Source of the DNA: an uncultured Eubacteriales bacterium
GTDB lineage: Bacteria > Bacillota > Clostridia > Christensenellales > UBA1242
DNA: 64,000 bases
Assembly: GCA_949001935.1 (NCBI GenBank)
Contig: CARJLX010000001.1
Span: forward strand, 323,231 to 387,230
Reading direction: 5' to 3'
The notes beneath the pieces were generated by a model that had not been told where the DNA came from, searched no databases, and was given only the letters and a program-made list of their open reading frames with translations. This document shows, piece by piece, positions 38,006-47,771 of the stretch (positions are counted from its first letter, which is position 1; each line of letters begins with the position of its first letter). The position numbers and the translations under genes are program-made.

Positions 38006-39298
38006 TTATTTATTTTTAGGCGCAATAACAGTTTTTCCTCCCATATATGGTTGTAAAACCTTTGGTATAACTACACTACCATCTGCCTGCAAATGATTTT
38101 CGACAAAACAAATGAGCATTCTTGGAGGTGCAACAACAGTATTGTTTAATGTGCTTGCATAAACATTTTCACCTTTGGCATTTTTATATTTAATATTAAG
38201 GCGTCTTGCTTGAGCATCAGTAAGGTTTGAACACGAACCAACTTCAAAATATTTCTTTTGTCTTGGACTCCAAGCCTCAACATCACAACTTTTATATTTC
38301 AAATCTGCTAAATCACCACTACAACAGATAAGTTGGCGAACAGGAATTTCCATACTAACAAAAAGTTCAACAGTATATTTCCACATTTTTTCATACCATT
38401 CATCAGCTTCTTCAGGTTTACAAATTACAATCATTTCCTGCTTTTCAAATTGATGAATTCTATAAATTCCACGCTCTTCGATACCATGAGCTCCCTTTTC
38501 CTTTCTAAAACATGGTGAATAACTTGTTAAAGTTAAAGGCAATTTGCTTTCATCTATGATTTGTCCCATAAAACGGCCTATCATTGAGTGTTCACTAGTT
38601 CCAATTAAGTATAAATCTTCACCCTCAATCTTATACATCATGTTTTCCATTTCGTCAAAACTCATAACACCAGTCACAACATCACTTCTAATCATAAAAG
38701 GAGGAATTACATAAGTAAACCCTTTATCAATCATAAAATCACGAGCATAAGCAAGTATCGCACTATGAAGTCTTGCAATATCGCCAACTAAATAATAGAA
38801 ACCTTGTCCACTTGTTCTTCTTGCAGAATCAACATCAATTCCACCAAGTTTTTCAAGTATTTCTGTATGATAAGGTATTTCAAAATTTGGAACTTTTGCC
38901 TCCAAAAATCTTTGACCTTCCACATTTTTACTATCATTTTCACCAAGCGGAACATCTTCAGCAATAATATTAGGTATTGTCATCATGCATTTTTTAAGTT
39001 CAATATTAAGCTTTTCCTCTTCAGCTTCAATTTCAAGAATTCTAGCGTTATTAGCAACAACTTGAGCCTTGATTTTATTTGCTTCATCCACCTTTTTATC
39101 ACGCATAAGTTGACCAATTTGAGTGCTAAGCGTATTTCTACTAGCACGCAAAGTGTCACCTTCTTTTTTCAGCTCTCTAACTTTAGCATCTAATTCAAGA
39201 ACTTGGTCTACCAAAGCAAGTTTATGATTTTGAAACTTCTTTTTAATATTCTCTCTTACAAGCTCTGGATTATTTCTTATCAAATTGATATCTATCAT
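38006..39298 (-). CDS. serS: serine--tRNA ligase
   Basis: 430 aa with an N-terminal coiled coil (MIDINLIRNNPELVRENIKKK). Class II motifs include FRKEKGAHG and GSCSN. Confidence 0.95.
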   Translation of the reverse strand: MIDINLIRNNPELVRENIKKKFQNHKLALVDQVLELDAKVRELKKEGDTLRASRNTLSTQIGQLMRDKKVDEANKIKAQVVANNARILEIEAEEEKLNIELKKCMMTIPNIIAEDVPLGENDSKNVEGQRFLEAKVPNFEIPYHTEILEKLGGIDVDSARRTSGQGFYYLVGDIARLHSAILAYARDFMIDKGFTYVIPPFMIRSDVVTGVMSFDEMENMMYKIEGEDLYLIGTSEHSMIGRFMGQIIDESKLPLTLTSYSPCFRKEKGAHGIEERGIYRIHQFEKQEMIVICKPEEADEWYEKMWKYTVELFVSMEIPVRQLICCSGDLADLKYKSCDVEAWSPRQKKYFEVGSCSNLTDAQARRLNIKYKNAKGENVYASTLNNTVVAPPRMLICFVENHLQADGSVVIPKVLQPYMGGKTVIAPKNK

Positions 39299-39403
39299 TT
39301 CTATCTCCTTAATTTATATTAATAATTATATATTCATAATAAAATATAGTCAACTAAATTAAAAAGTTAAATAAAAAATATAGTACTAAAGTTTAAAGTT
39401 TTA

Positions 39404-39440
39404 TCAATATATAGTATTATGTAACGCATACAACCTACAA
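39404..39440 (+). repeat. intergenic motif family 2, long form
   Basis: TCAATATATAGTATTATGTAACGCATACAACCTACAA. It matches 47772-47808 at about 30 of 37 positions. Confidence 0.7.
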
Positions 39441-39562
39441 CTAGACAACCAAATATTGCAAGACTATTAAAATTTCAATTTTAAACAAACTAAATTTTCA
39501 ACTGTAACAATTTATGGAAATTTGCTTTACAATAAAAAGAGGTTTATGCTAAAATAAAATAT

Positions 39563-40603
39563 ATGACAGGCCTTTCCTTTTATGAAAAGCGAGACATTCA
39601 AAATAGATTAAAAACAGGTAAATATTCTGAAAATTTACCTGAGTTTTGTTATGATTTTTTAGTAGGCATAGAAAACAATACATCTACTTTAACAAGATAT
39701 AATTATTCCATGGATATAGCTGTATTTATGGACTATCTTTCACGCTATGTGATAAAGAAACCTGTTGAAAATATTTCACTTGAAGATATGGATAAAATAA
39801 AATCTCGTCATATTGAGCAGTTTTTATCATATCTCTCATATTACGACAAAGACGGAAAGGAGAATAAGAATGGCGAAAAAGGGAAAGCCAGAAAACTTGC
39901 CTCAATACGCAGTTTATTTAAATATTTATTCAATCATGATATGATTTCTTCTAATGTAGCAAGCAAGGTTGAAACCCCAAAGCTACACAGTAAAGAAATT
40001 ACTCGACTTGAACAAAACGAAGTTGAAAAACTTATGAATGTAGTTGAAAACCCTTGTACATTTACAGAAAGACAAAAGAACTATGACAAAAACACTTTTG
40101 AGCGCGATAATGCAATCATTACCCTGTTTTTAGGAACTGGAATACGTATTTCAGAGCTTGTTGGGCTTGATATTGATAGTTTTGACTTTTCACAAAATGC
40201 ATTTATCGTCACACGCAAAGGCGGAAATCAAACTATGCTATATTTCTCTAACACTGTTGCGCAAGCTCTCAAAACTTGGCTTGAAAAAAGATCCACTTTG
40301 GAGCTTCCTAATGATGAAAAAGCAATGTTTATCTCTTTACAACGCAAACGAATTTCTGTTCGTGCAGTTGAAAACTTAGTTAAAAAATTTGCTAAAGAAG
40401 CCTCACCTCTTAAAAATATCTCACCACACAAACTTCGCAGTACATTTGGCACAAACCTATATCGCGAAACCAAAGACATCTATATTGTTGCTGATGTTTT
40501 AGGTCATAAAGATGTCAACACAACAAAACGCCACTATGCCGCTATCAGCGAAGACATGCGTAAAAGCGTGGCCGATAAAGTCAAGATTAGAAACGATGAC
40601 TAA
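39563..40603 (+). CDS. tyrosine site-specific recombinase, XerC/XerD-like
   Basis: 346 aa with an N-terminal SAM-like domain. Catalytic residues lie in order: R (GIRISELVGL), HKLRSTF, GHKDVNTTKRHY. No phage or IS genes flank it. Confidence 0.8.
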   Translation: MTGLSFYEKRDIQNRLKTGKYSENLPEFCYDFLVGIENNTSTLTRYNYSMDIAVFMDYLSRYVIKKPVENISLEDMDKIKSRHIEQFLSYLSYYDKDGKENKNGEKGKARKLASIRSLFKYLFNHDMISSNVASKVETPKLHSKEITRLEQNEVEKLMNVVENPCTFTERQKNYDKNTFERDNAIITLFLGTGIRISELVGLDIDSFDFSQNAFIVTRKGGNQTMLYFSNTVAQALKTWLEKRSTLELPNDEKAMFISLQRKRISVRAVENLVKKFAKEASPLKNISPHKLRSTFGTNLYRETKDIYIVADVLGHKDVNTTKRHYAAISEDMRKSVADKVKIRNDD

Positions 40604-40632
40604 AAATAAGGATTTAAAATTCCTTATTTTTT
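40602..40632 (+). terminator. rho-independent terminator
   Basis: AATAAGGA (40605-40612) pairs with TCCTTATT (40621-40628), followed by a T run. Confidence 0.75.
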
Positions 40633-40708
40633 ATTACCGCCATGTTTAAATTAAATGGATTAATAAAAATCAAATTGCCAAGAAAATAATCGTGCAACTT
40701 TTGATTGC

Positions 40709-40746
40709 AAAAAAAAGAAACACAATTCTGCTGAACTCGTGTTTCT
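40709..40746 (-). terminator. minus-strand rho-independent terminator with no annotated gene upstream
   Basis: AGAAACAC (40716-40723) pairs with GTGTTTCT (40739-40746). On the minus strand a T8 run follows (A8 at 40709-40716). Confidence 0.7.
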
Positions 40747-40850
40747 TCTTCTATAATGTGAAGCATATCTCCTTCACACTATTATCTTGTGTAGTTTTTT
40801 ATATATTATTCATTTATAATTAATTTTTAATAAAATTTGAAATGTTGACA

Positions 40851-40897
40851 AAAAATCTTGCACTATCATTTTTAGCAAATTATAGTGCAAGATTTTT
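40851..40897. terminator. bidirectional terminator downstream of spoIVB
   Basis: A perfect 16-bp stem: AAAAATCTTGCACTAT (40851-40866) with ATAGTGCAAGATTTTT (40882-40897). Confidence 0.75.
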
Positions 40898-40932
40898 TTA
40901 TTTATAAATTTAAGAATTATAAAGAGAAAATT

Positions 40933-42174
40933 TTATTTCCCTTCTCCTTCCATTAACCAATCGCTATAAATTCCATACCCTTTTGTTGGATCTGATAAGA
41001 ACACATGCGTAACAGCTCCAATTAGTTTATCATTTTGAATTATTGGCGAACCACTCATGCCTTGAACTATTCCGCCTGTCAATTCCAAAAGACGTTTATC
41101 TGTCACTCTAAACACTAGACTTTTATCATCAGATTTAGACTGATAATTGGCTTTAATAATTTCAATATCATATTCTTCTCGAATTCCACTAACGCTTGAA
41201 ACAATCTTAGCTTTACCAGGTTTCACACCCAATCTTCCTCCTAAGGTCGCTGTTAAATTAGCATCAACCATATTTTCTAAATCATCGAGGTGACCAAATA
41301 TGCCATATTTATTATTTTTCTTTATTTGACCTTTCTCATTACTTTGCAAGAACACACATCTAAGCTCCCCAGGGTTATTTCTTTCCCCTTTATTTATACC
41401 TATTAGAGAGCAATCAAAAACTTTACCATCTGTTAAAGGAATAATATTTCCAACTTTACCATCTGTTATTGGATGCCCAAGTGCTACAAAATTATGGTTA
41501 TCTTGTTTAACATAAGTTAAAGTACCAACTCCTGAGATGTCATCTTTTACCCAAAGCCCCAATTTATATTTGCCATCTTTATTTTTAATGAGGTCTACAA
41601 TAGTTTTTTCAAGTTGATTTTTCCTTAAGTATTCTATTTCAACCCTGCCATTACTAGAATTTAAAATTTCTTCCACCTCATCAAGCGAATTAATCAATTT
41701 CCCATCTATCGTTTTTAAAACATCTCCACTTTTAAAAATTCTATTTTTGTTTATTCCTTCCCCATCAGTTGCAACAATCGTATCACTAATCACAATAGCC
41801 CCATCAGTTGCAAGAGAAATCCCGATAGGCACTCCACCTATAAATACATCTTCTTCTGGCAAAATATTTACCTTAACCTTTCGAATAGGAATCAAACCAA
41901 AAAGTTTAAATACAACAGTTCCTTCTTTCTGCCTTTCGCTACTAACGCTTGCATCTCCCTTTTCTAAGGAAGTTTTTACAAATGAACCAAATAAAGAATT
42001 GTTATTTACATTATCAACATCATTAAAACTTGCTGAAAAATTATCTGGTAATGCAAAAATATCGCCAAACCCAACATTCTGCAAAAGAATTAAAGTTGAT
42101 ATGGCTAAAACAAAAATTAGCGTATAAATTCGTTTAAATCTTTTACCTTTTCTCATAGGTTTTAGTCTACGCAA
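40933..42174 (-). CDS. spoIVB: SpoIVB peptidase (S55 family sporulation signalling protease)
   Basis: It has a signal/TM N-terminus, a PDZ-like region and a serine-protease block GMSGSPIIQNDKLIGAVTHVF. The start is uncertain: TTG 42174 or ATG 42156, neither with a good SD. Confidence 0.88.
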   Translation of the reverse strand: MRRLKPMRKGKRFKRIYTLIFVLAISTLILLQNVGFGDIFALPDNFSASFNDVDNVNNNSLFGSFVKTSLEKGDASVSSERQKEGTVVFKLFGLIPIRKVKVNILPEEDVFIGGVPIGISLATDGAIVISDTIVATDGEGINKNRIFKSGDVLKTIDGKLINSLDEVEEILNSSNGRVEIEYLRKNQLEKTIVDLIKNKDGKYKLGLWVKDDISGVGTLTYVKQDNHNFVALGHPITDGKVGNIIPLTDGKVFDCSLIGINKGERNNPGELRCVFLQSNEKGQIKKNNKYGIFGHLDDLENMVDANLTATLGGRLGVKPGKAKIVSSVSGIREEYDIEIIKANYQSKSDDKSLVFRVTDKRLLELTGGIVQGMSGSPIIQNDKLIGAVTHVFLSDPTKGYGIYSDWLMEGEGK

Positions 42175-42195
42175 AAAGGTTTAAATTATACAAAT

Positions 42196-42220
42196 AAAAA
42201 AGAGCATTTTCTGCTCTTTT
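42196..42220 (-). terminator. terminator after recN
   Basis: AGAGCA (42201-42206) pairs with TGCTCT (42212-42217). On the minus strand a T run follows, then TATAAT. Confidence 0.6.
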
Positions 42221-42222
42221 AT

Positions 42223-43884
42223 CTACTTTGCTTTTGCCCGCATTTCTTGTGAGTGTTTAAGTGCAACTTCAGTTGCATCACCACCAACCATTTTTGCAAG
42301 ACCTTCAATAATCCCTTGTTCATCAAGCCTCTCTACATTCGTGACAGTTGATTCGCCTTCCACTTTTTTGGAAACATAAAACATCTCATCACAATATGAA
42401 GCAACTTGAGGTAGATGGGTTATACAAATAACTTGATTATTTTTAGAAAGTTTAGAAATTTTTTCGCCAACAACAACGCCAGTTTCGCCACCAATGCCTG
42501 CATCTATCTCATCAAAGATAAGAGTTTCTGCACTGCCAAATTCAGCAAATATATTTTTAATAGCAAGCATAAACCTACTCATTTCACCACCAGAAGCTGT
42601 TTTACTTAATGCTTTAACTTCTTGTCCTTTATTTGCAGAGAAAGCGAACCTAGCAATATCATAACCATTAGCTGAGAACCCTTCAGCTTTTTCAAATTCT
42701 ACTATAAAGGTTGTATTTTTCATGCCTAGTTCACTCAACTCTTTAACGACCTTTCCTTCAATAACCTTTGCTACTTCCGCACGCTTATTCGTCAAACTAT
42801 TACATGCTTCAAATAAAGAACTCTCTTGTTGAACTTTTAAATTTTCTAACATTTCCAACTCGAACTCTGCATCATTAAGTTTGTTTAATCTGTCTTTTGC
42901 GTTTTCACAAAATAATAAAACTTCGCTTATGCTTCCACCATACTTCTTGAGCATAGATTTTATCAAATCATTGCGTTTATCTAATTTCTCCAACTCAAAT
43001 TCATTGAAATTAAGCTCACTAGCAAAATCATTTAATGTTTCATTTATATCTTGAAGTTCATACTTACAACTATTTAATCTTTCCTTACAAGAGTCAATCA
43101 CTTCAATTCCAGTCACATTATTTATTGACATCAACGCTTCCTGAACTTGAACAATTGCAGACATTGAAGAGTTCTCAAGTGCTTCATTACAAGATTTAAC
43201 GCCATCACAAATTTTTTCAGCATTAGCTAACATCAATAATCTAGATTTTACTTCTTCATCTTCACCATCATGAAGACTAGCTTCTTCTATCTCCTTAATT
43301 TGATACTCCAAAAGAGCCTTAGTACGCTCTCTTTCAAAAACATCTCCCCCCATTGCTTTAATTTGAGCTAATGTGTTTTGATAACGCTCATATCTTTCTT
43401 TTACCTCATTTTTGAGAGCCCATAAACTTTGTCCACCAAACTTATCTAACATAGCTAAGTGATTTTTATTATTCAAAAGTTCAATACTCTCATGCTGAGA
43501 ATAACTGTCTACTAAAATACTACCAATCTTTTTTAAAGTTGAGGCTATCATAGGTGTGCCATTCACGCGTATAACACTCTTTCCGTCACGTGTAAGTGAA
43601 CGTGAAAGTAAAATCTCATTTTCTTCAACCTCAACTCCAAGTTCATTTAAAAGTGCAATTGCTTGAGAAGATAATTCACTAAACAAGGCATCAACTTTCA
43701 TTAAATCCTCACCAGTACGCAAAAGTTCTTTATCTGCCTTACCACCAAGCACAAAGTTTAACGAGTCAAATATAATACTCTTTCCTGCACCAGTCTCACC
43801 TAACAGAACATTAAAACCTTTCCCAAAATCAATAGAAAGATTTTTTATTAATGCAACATTTTTTATATTTAAAGTTTGAAGCAT
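42223..43884 (-). CDS. recN: DNA repair protein RecN
   Basis: 553 aa. It has an N-terminal Walker A LLGETGAGKS, a long coiled coil and a C-terminal SGGEMSRFMLA signature. Confidence 0.95.
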   Translation of the reverse strand: MLQTLNIKNVALIKNLSIDFGKGFNVLLGETGAGKSIIFDSLNFVLGGKADKELLRTGEDLMKVDALFSELSSQAIALLNELGVEVEENEILLSRSLTRDGKSVIRVNGTPMIASTLKKIGSILVDSYSQHESIELLNNKNHLAMLDKFGGQSLWALKNEVKERYERYQNTLAQIKAMGGDVFERERTKALLEYQIKEIEEASLHDGEDEEVKSRLLMLANAEKICDGVKSCNEALENSSMSAIVQVQEALMSINNVTGIEVIDSCKERLNSCKYELQDINETLNDFASELNFNEFELEKLDKRNDLIKSMLKKYGGSISEVLLFCENAKDRLNKLNDAEFELEMLENLKVQQESSLFEACNSLTNKRAEVAKVIEGKVVKELSELGMKNTTFIVEFEKAEGFSANGYDIARFAFSANKGQEVKALSKTASGGEMSRFMLAIKNIFAEFGSAETLIFDEIDAGIGGETGVVVGEKISKLSKNNQVICITHLPQVASYCDEMFYVSKKVEGESTVTNVERLDEQGIIEGLAKMVGGDATEVALKHSQEMRAKAK

Positions 43885-43893
43885 ATTTCACCT

Positions 43894-44346
43894 CTATGCC
43901 AAAATATCATTCAATGAAAGCACAATCTCTGTAGCCTGTGCCACGCTAGGAAAAATCAACATAACAGTATCATCTCCATTTACAGCCCCCATAAGGTCAG
44001 TTAAGTTTAGTTTGTCAACAAAATTACAAACACTAGAACCAAGCCCCTTGATAGTTTTAATAACAACAAGATTAAGTGCATTCTTAACAGAAATAACAGA
44101 CTCCTTAAAGATAGAAATATACTTATTAGAAATAAGTTGTTCATCAGAGCCAACAAAACAATATTTATATTTGCCAGAAGAAGATAGGATTTTTGTAAGT
44201 CCTAACTCTTTAATATCACGCGAAATAGTGGCTTGAGTAATCTCAAAATTTGCATTTTTAAGCTCTCTAGCGAGTTCATCCTGAGTTTCAATCTCTTTAG
44301 TGGAGATTAATTCAAGAATTTTTGATTGTCTTGCACTTCTTGCCAT
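43894..44346 (-). CDS. argR: arginine repressor
   Basis: 150 aa. RQSKILELISTKEIETQDELARELKNANFEITQATISRDIKEL and the C-terminal GAVNGDDTV block are canonical ArgR/AhrC. Confidence 0.92.
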   Translation of the reverse strand: MARSARQSKILELISTKEIETQDELARELKNANFEITQATISRDIKELGLTKILSSSGKYKYCFVGSDEQLISNKYISIFKESVISVKNALNLVVIKTIKGLGSSVCNFVDKLNLTDLMGAVNGDDTVMLIFPSVAQATEIVLSLNDILA

Positions 44347-44396
44347 TGTTTTCTCCTTAATGGCTACATCCCTTTATTTTAAAGGCATGTAGCGAT

Positions 44397-44414
44397 TGTG
44401 AATAATTATAAATT
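44397..44414. promoter_or_regulatory. ARG box-like operator
   Basis: TGTGAATAATTATAAATT matches TNTGAATWWWWATTCANW at 16 of 18 positions. It lies 51 nt upstream of the argR start. Confidence 0.5.
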
Positions 44415-44474
44415 TATACTTATTCAGCAATTTTTTATCATTATACAACTTTTTTTATAATTATGCAAGTGTTT

Positions 44475-44492
44475 TTTGAATAATTATTCATG
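44475..44492. promoter_or_regulatory. ARG box-like operator
   Basis: TTTGAATAATTATTCATG matches the ARG box consensus at 17 of 18 positions. The core TGAATAATTATTCA is a perfect palindrome. Confidence 0.6.
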
Positions 44493-44666
44493 ATTTTTTT
44501 ATATAAATTGCATATTTTGCAAATTTATAAATTTCGTTTTTATATTTATAAGTGAGTATGCATAAGCATTTTAATTACCTTTATCAAAAATATAATAAAA
44601 TAAAAAACAAAAGCCTATTGACTTTTGACCACCCTTTTGATATAATTGTCAAGCATAGGAGGAAAT

Positions 44667-45422
44667 ATGCCACAAATAGATCAACAATACAACTATAGAA
44701 GCTTCTCAACCCCAGAATTATCTCAATTAGAAAAAGAAATGAAAGAGTATGATTTTGTAAACTATCACAGCCTTATAATAGGAACATTATACAATTTTAG
44801 ATTTGAAAGCATCAGGGGCAAATTTAAGACAGACAAAATTTTAAATATTTTTGTAAAAAGAATGAAAGAACAAATATCTGCCCTGCCAAAGAATTGCGAA
44901 CTTAGAAAAGCCATGTCCAACAAACTTACTGGTTGCAAAGCTTTTACATTAACACATAAATGCGATAAGGCCAAAGCAATAAAAATTTTAAATCGCTTGG
45001 TAGAACTTGGACTTTTCGAATACTCAAATAATGGCTCTTGGATTTCAACTATTCCTAATAAAAAATTAAATAATGAAGCTAAAAGAATTATCAACGAGGT
45101 TGACAATCTTTACTTCTTAGATACAAATAATTTAAGAATCATGATCTATGATTGCGTTGAAGAAATAATATCATCTAAAAACGACTGCATGATTATTAGA
45201 AAACCCAAAGAAGATCCAAAAGTTGAAAAAATTTTAAATAATTTTGAAGAATTTTACGAAGGTCTAAAAGTAATAGATAAATACTTAAAACCCAAAAAGA
45301 AAAAACTTGACAACATAAAAGAAATTAGAGCATACACCGATCCTATTATAGAATATTTTGATAATATGGAAAATGTTGCGGACGACACAGAAAACACACC
45401 CCCTGAAGATGAAGCAAATTAA
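44667..45422 (+). CDS. hypothetical protein
   Basis: 251 aa counted from ATG 44667, behind TAGGAGGAAAT. The ORF-track start at 44646 has no SD. The C-terminus is acidic. I recognise no family. Confidence 0.5.
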   Translation: MPQIDQQYNYRSFSTPELSQLEKEMKEYDFVNYHSLIIGTLYNFRFESIRGKFKTDKILNIFVKRMKEQISALPKNCELRKAMSNKLTGCKAFTLTHKCDKAKAIKILNRLVELGLFEYSNNGSWISTIPNKKLNNEAKRIINEVDNLYFLDTNNLRIMIYDCVEEIISSKNDCMIIRKPKEDPKVEKILNNFEEFYEGLKVIDKYLKPKKKKLDNIKEIRAYTDPIIEYFDNMENVADDTENTPPEDEAN

Positions 45423-45440
45423 TTAAATTTACCAACCAAC

Positions 45441-45472
45441 AAAAAAAACACGATTTTAAAATCGTGTTTTTT
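45441..45472. terminator. bidirectional terminator between convergent genes
   Basis: A 20-nt perfect palindrome ACACGATTTTAAAATCGTGT (45448-45467) is flanked by A and T runs. Confidence 0.8.
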
Positions 45473-46637
45473 AATCTCGATTAATTTCTATTACCTCTTC
45501 ACCTGCAAGGCATTCATTCACAAGTTCATCTATATTTAAAAAACTTTCTTCTCTTTCCGCTTTTTCTATAGCTGGTCTTATAACAGGATTTTTTGGCAAA
45601 AATACAGTACAACAATCTTCATATGGCAATATAGAAGTGTCATAAGTTCCAATTCTCTTCGCAACAGCCATAATCTCTTCTTTATCCATAGCAATACAAG
45701 GCCGAAATACTGGAAGAGTTTTCACAACAGAGCCTGTAACCGTCATACTTTGCATTGTTTGACTTGCAACCTGCCCTAAACTTTCGCCAGTAACAATAGC
45801 TCCTAAAGCATTCTCCTCGCAAATTTTTTCTGCAACTCTCATCATTATTCTTCGCATGATAGTTATCATGTATTCGGGCACACAATTAACATGAATAGCT
45901 TCTTGCACTTTAGTAAAAGACACGCAATGTAATTTAATATTCCCCACATAGGGTGTTAATTCTTTGGCTAATGTTAAAACTTTTTCCTTAGCAAGCTCGC
46001 TTGTATAAGGATAACTATGAAAATGCAAGGCGTGCAATTCTAACCCTCGCTTAGCCATTAAATACCCAGCAACCGGGCTATCTATTCCACCTGATAAAAG
46101 CAATAAGGCTTGTCCAGCAGTTCCTAATGGCAAACCACCTTGGCAAGGTATTGTTTGAGTATAAATATAAGCTCTACCATTATTTCTTATATCAATATTT
46201 ATCTCAATTTGAGGATTATATAAATCTACAACAGGATTTAAATTATTATTCCAAATAATAGTCCCTAAAATTTTAGCATATTCCATTGAAGAAATAGGAA
46301 ACTTCTTATCAGCACGTTTAACAGAAACCTTATAAGACATCCCCTCAAGATTAATTTCATTGACCACTTCTTCAATTTCCTCACGATAAGAAAATACTTC
46401 TGTTGCAGGACTCAAACTGAAAAGCCCAAAAACTTGTCCAAGTTTCTCAATAAGCCTATTTTCAACCTCAATATCATAATTAGATACTATATAACGACCT
46501 AATGTCACATGAAAATCAAATTTCTCACCTTCCAACTGCTTTTTTATATTATTAATCAAAGCGTTTTCAAAAACCTTAATATTTTTCCCTTTCAAAAAGA
46601 GTTCACCAAATCGAAGCAATAAAACCCTTTTTCTCAT
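45471..46637 (-). CDS. thiI: tRNA 4-thiouridine(8) synthase ThiI
   Basis: 388 aa with a THUMP region and the PP-loop motif LLLSGGIDSPVA. Confidence 0.92.
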   Translation of the reverse strand: MRKRVLLLRFGELFLKGKNIKVFENALINNIKKQLEGEKFDFHVTLGRYIVSNYDIEVENRLIEKLGQVFGLFSLSPATEVFSYREEIEEVVNEINLEGMSYKVSVKRADKKFPISSMEYAKILGTIIWNNNLNPVVDLYNPQIEINIDIRNNGRAYIYTQTIPCQGGLPLGTAGQALLLLSGGIDSPVAGYLMAKRGLELHALHFHSYPYTSELAKEKVLTLAKELTPYVGNIKLHCVSFTKVQEAIHVNCVPEYMITIMRRIMMRVAEKICEENALGAIVTGESLGQVASQTMQSMTVTGSVVKTLPVFRPCIAMDKEEIMAVAKRIGTYDTSILPYEDCCTVFLPKNPVIRPAIEKAEREESFLNIDELVNECLAGEEVIEINRD

Positions 46638-47752
46638 TTTACCTTCTCCCTTATATCTTTGTAAGTAGCTAGAATAATTTGTCCAGCTTTTTCAGCATCT
46701 TCTAAATTCATATAGGCATTAAAGCTAATCCTAACACTTGACTTAACCTTATCTTTTACAAATCCTATATTTTCAAGTATACGATTACCCGCGTGTTTAG
46801 CAGAACAAGCAGAGCCAACACCTATAATCACTTCATTCTCAACTGCACGCATCAAAGTTTCTCCATTTACAGTTTGAAAACTCATACTAATAATATATGG
46901 ACTCTGCGTTTCTATAAAACTTACCCCATTTTCATCTTCGAACACCTTTAAAAACCCAGTTTTAAGTTGTTGCACTTTGTTTAAATTGAATTCGACATCG
47001 ATTTGTTCAATAGCATATTTCATAGCCATGATTGCAGGTAAATTTTCAGTTCCCGAACGCTTGCCTTGCTCTTGCCCACCGCCAAAAACTATTGCTTTGA
47101 GCGGTTCAATATTTTTAACATATAATACTCCTATACCTTTAGGCCCATGAAACTTATGTGCAGAAATTGAATAAAAATCTATATCATTTATAACACTTCT
47201 TTCAAGAGGAATTTTGCAAAAAGCCTGAACCCCATCCACATGAAAAAGTGAATTTTTAGCATACTTCTTTTTTAATTCAATAATCTTTGCCAAATTAGTT
47301 ATTGCACCTGTTTCATTGCTAACATGCATACAAGAAATTAATCTAGTTCTATCATTCAAAACACTTTGTAATTTTTGATAATCAATTTCGCCATTCTTTT
47401 GCAAAGGAACAAAATGCACAACAGCACCTTGAGCTTGCAATTCCAAAGCAGTATTATATACACTTGGGTGTTCACCCATAGAAAATACATATTCCCATTT
47501 CCCATTTCTCTGACTTCCACGAATCGCAAGATTATTACTTTCAGTTGCACCACTAGTAAATATTATATCACCCTTTAACGCACCCAGTTTTTTCAAAACA
47601 ACTTGACGCACCTCATCAATAAACTTAGCATTTTGAATAGCTTGCTTATAGCCTGCCGAAGGATTGTAAAAAAGGTTGCAGGCATATTCTTTGTATATGT
47701 CCGCACAACCTTCAAACATTTTAGTTGTAGCTGCATTATCTAAATATATCAT
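46634..47752 (-). CDS. cysteine desulfurase (NifS/IscS class V aminotransferase)
   Basis: 372 aa. MIYLDNAATT, the PLP-lysine motif SAHKFHGPKG and the active-site loop GSACSA. It overlaps thiI by 4 nt. Confidence 0.9.
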   Translation of the reverse strand: MIYLDNAATTKMFEGCADIYKEYACNLFYNPSAGYKQAIQNAKFIDEVRQVVLKKLGALKGDIIFTSGATESNNLAIRGSQRNGKWEYVFSMGEHPSVYNTALELQAQGAVVHFVPLQKNGEIDYQKLQSVLNDRTRLISCMHVSNETGAITNLAKIIELKKKYAKNSLFHVDGVQAFCKIPLERSVINDIDFYSISAHKFHGPKGIGVLYVKNIEPLKAIVFGGGQEQGKRSGTENLPAIMAMKYAIEQIDVEFNLNKVQQLKTGFLKVFEDENGVSFIETQSPYIISMSFQTVNGETLMRAVENEVIIGVGSACSAKHAGNRILENIGFVKDKVKSSVRISFNAYMNLEDAEKAGQIILATYKDIREKVK

Positions 47753-47771
47753 ATATCATCCGTTTCCCAAA

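Noticed and set aside
39404-39440. Possible dif (Xer recombination) site next to the XerC/D-like gene, because TATTATGTAAC resembles the XerD arm TTATGTAAACT of Firmicute dif.
   Set aside because: The left arm and spacer do not match dif, which is 11-6-11 with an inner CATAA. Near-identical copies of the element occur at 7266 and 47772, whereas dif is single-copy. I treat it as a member of motif family 2 instead.
40640-40772. A 48-codon minus-strand ORF (MLHIIEEETRVQQNCVSFFC...) behind AAGGAG.
   Set aside because: The ATG lies only 2 nt after the SD core, and the ORF runs through a terminator hairpin and T run. I interpret it as part of a non-coding hairpin region instead.
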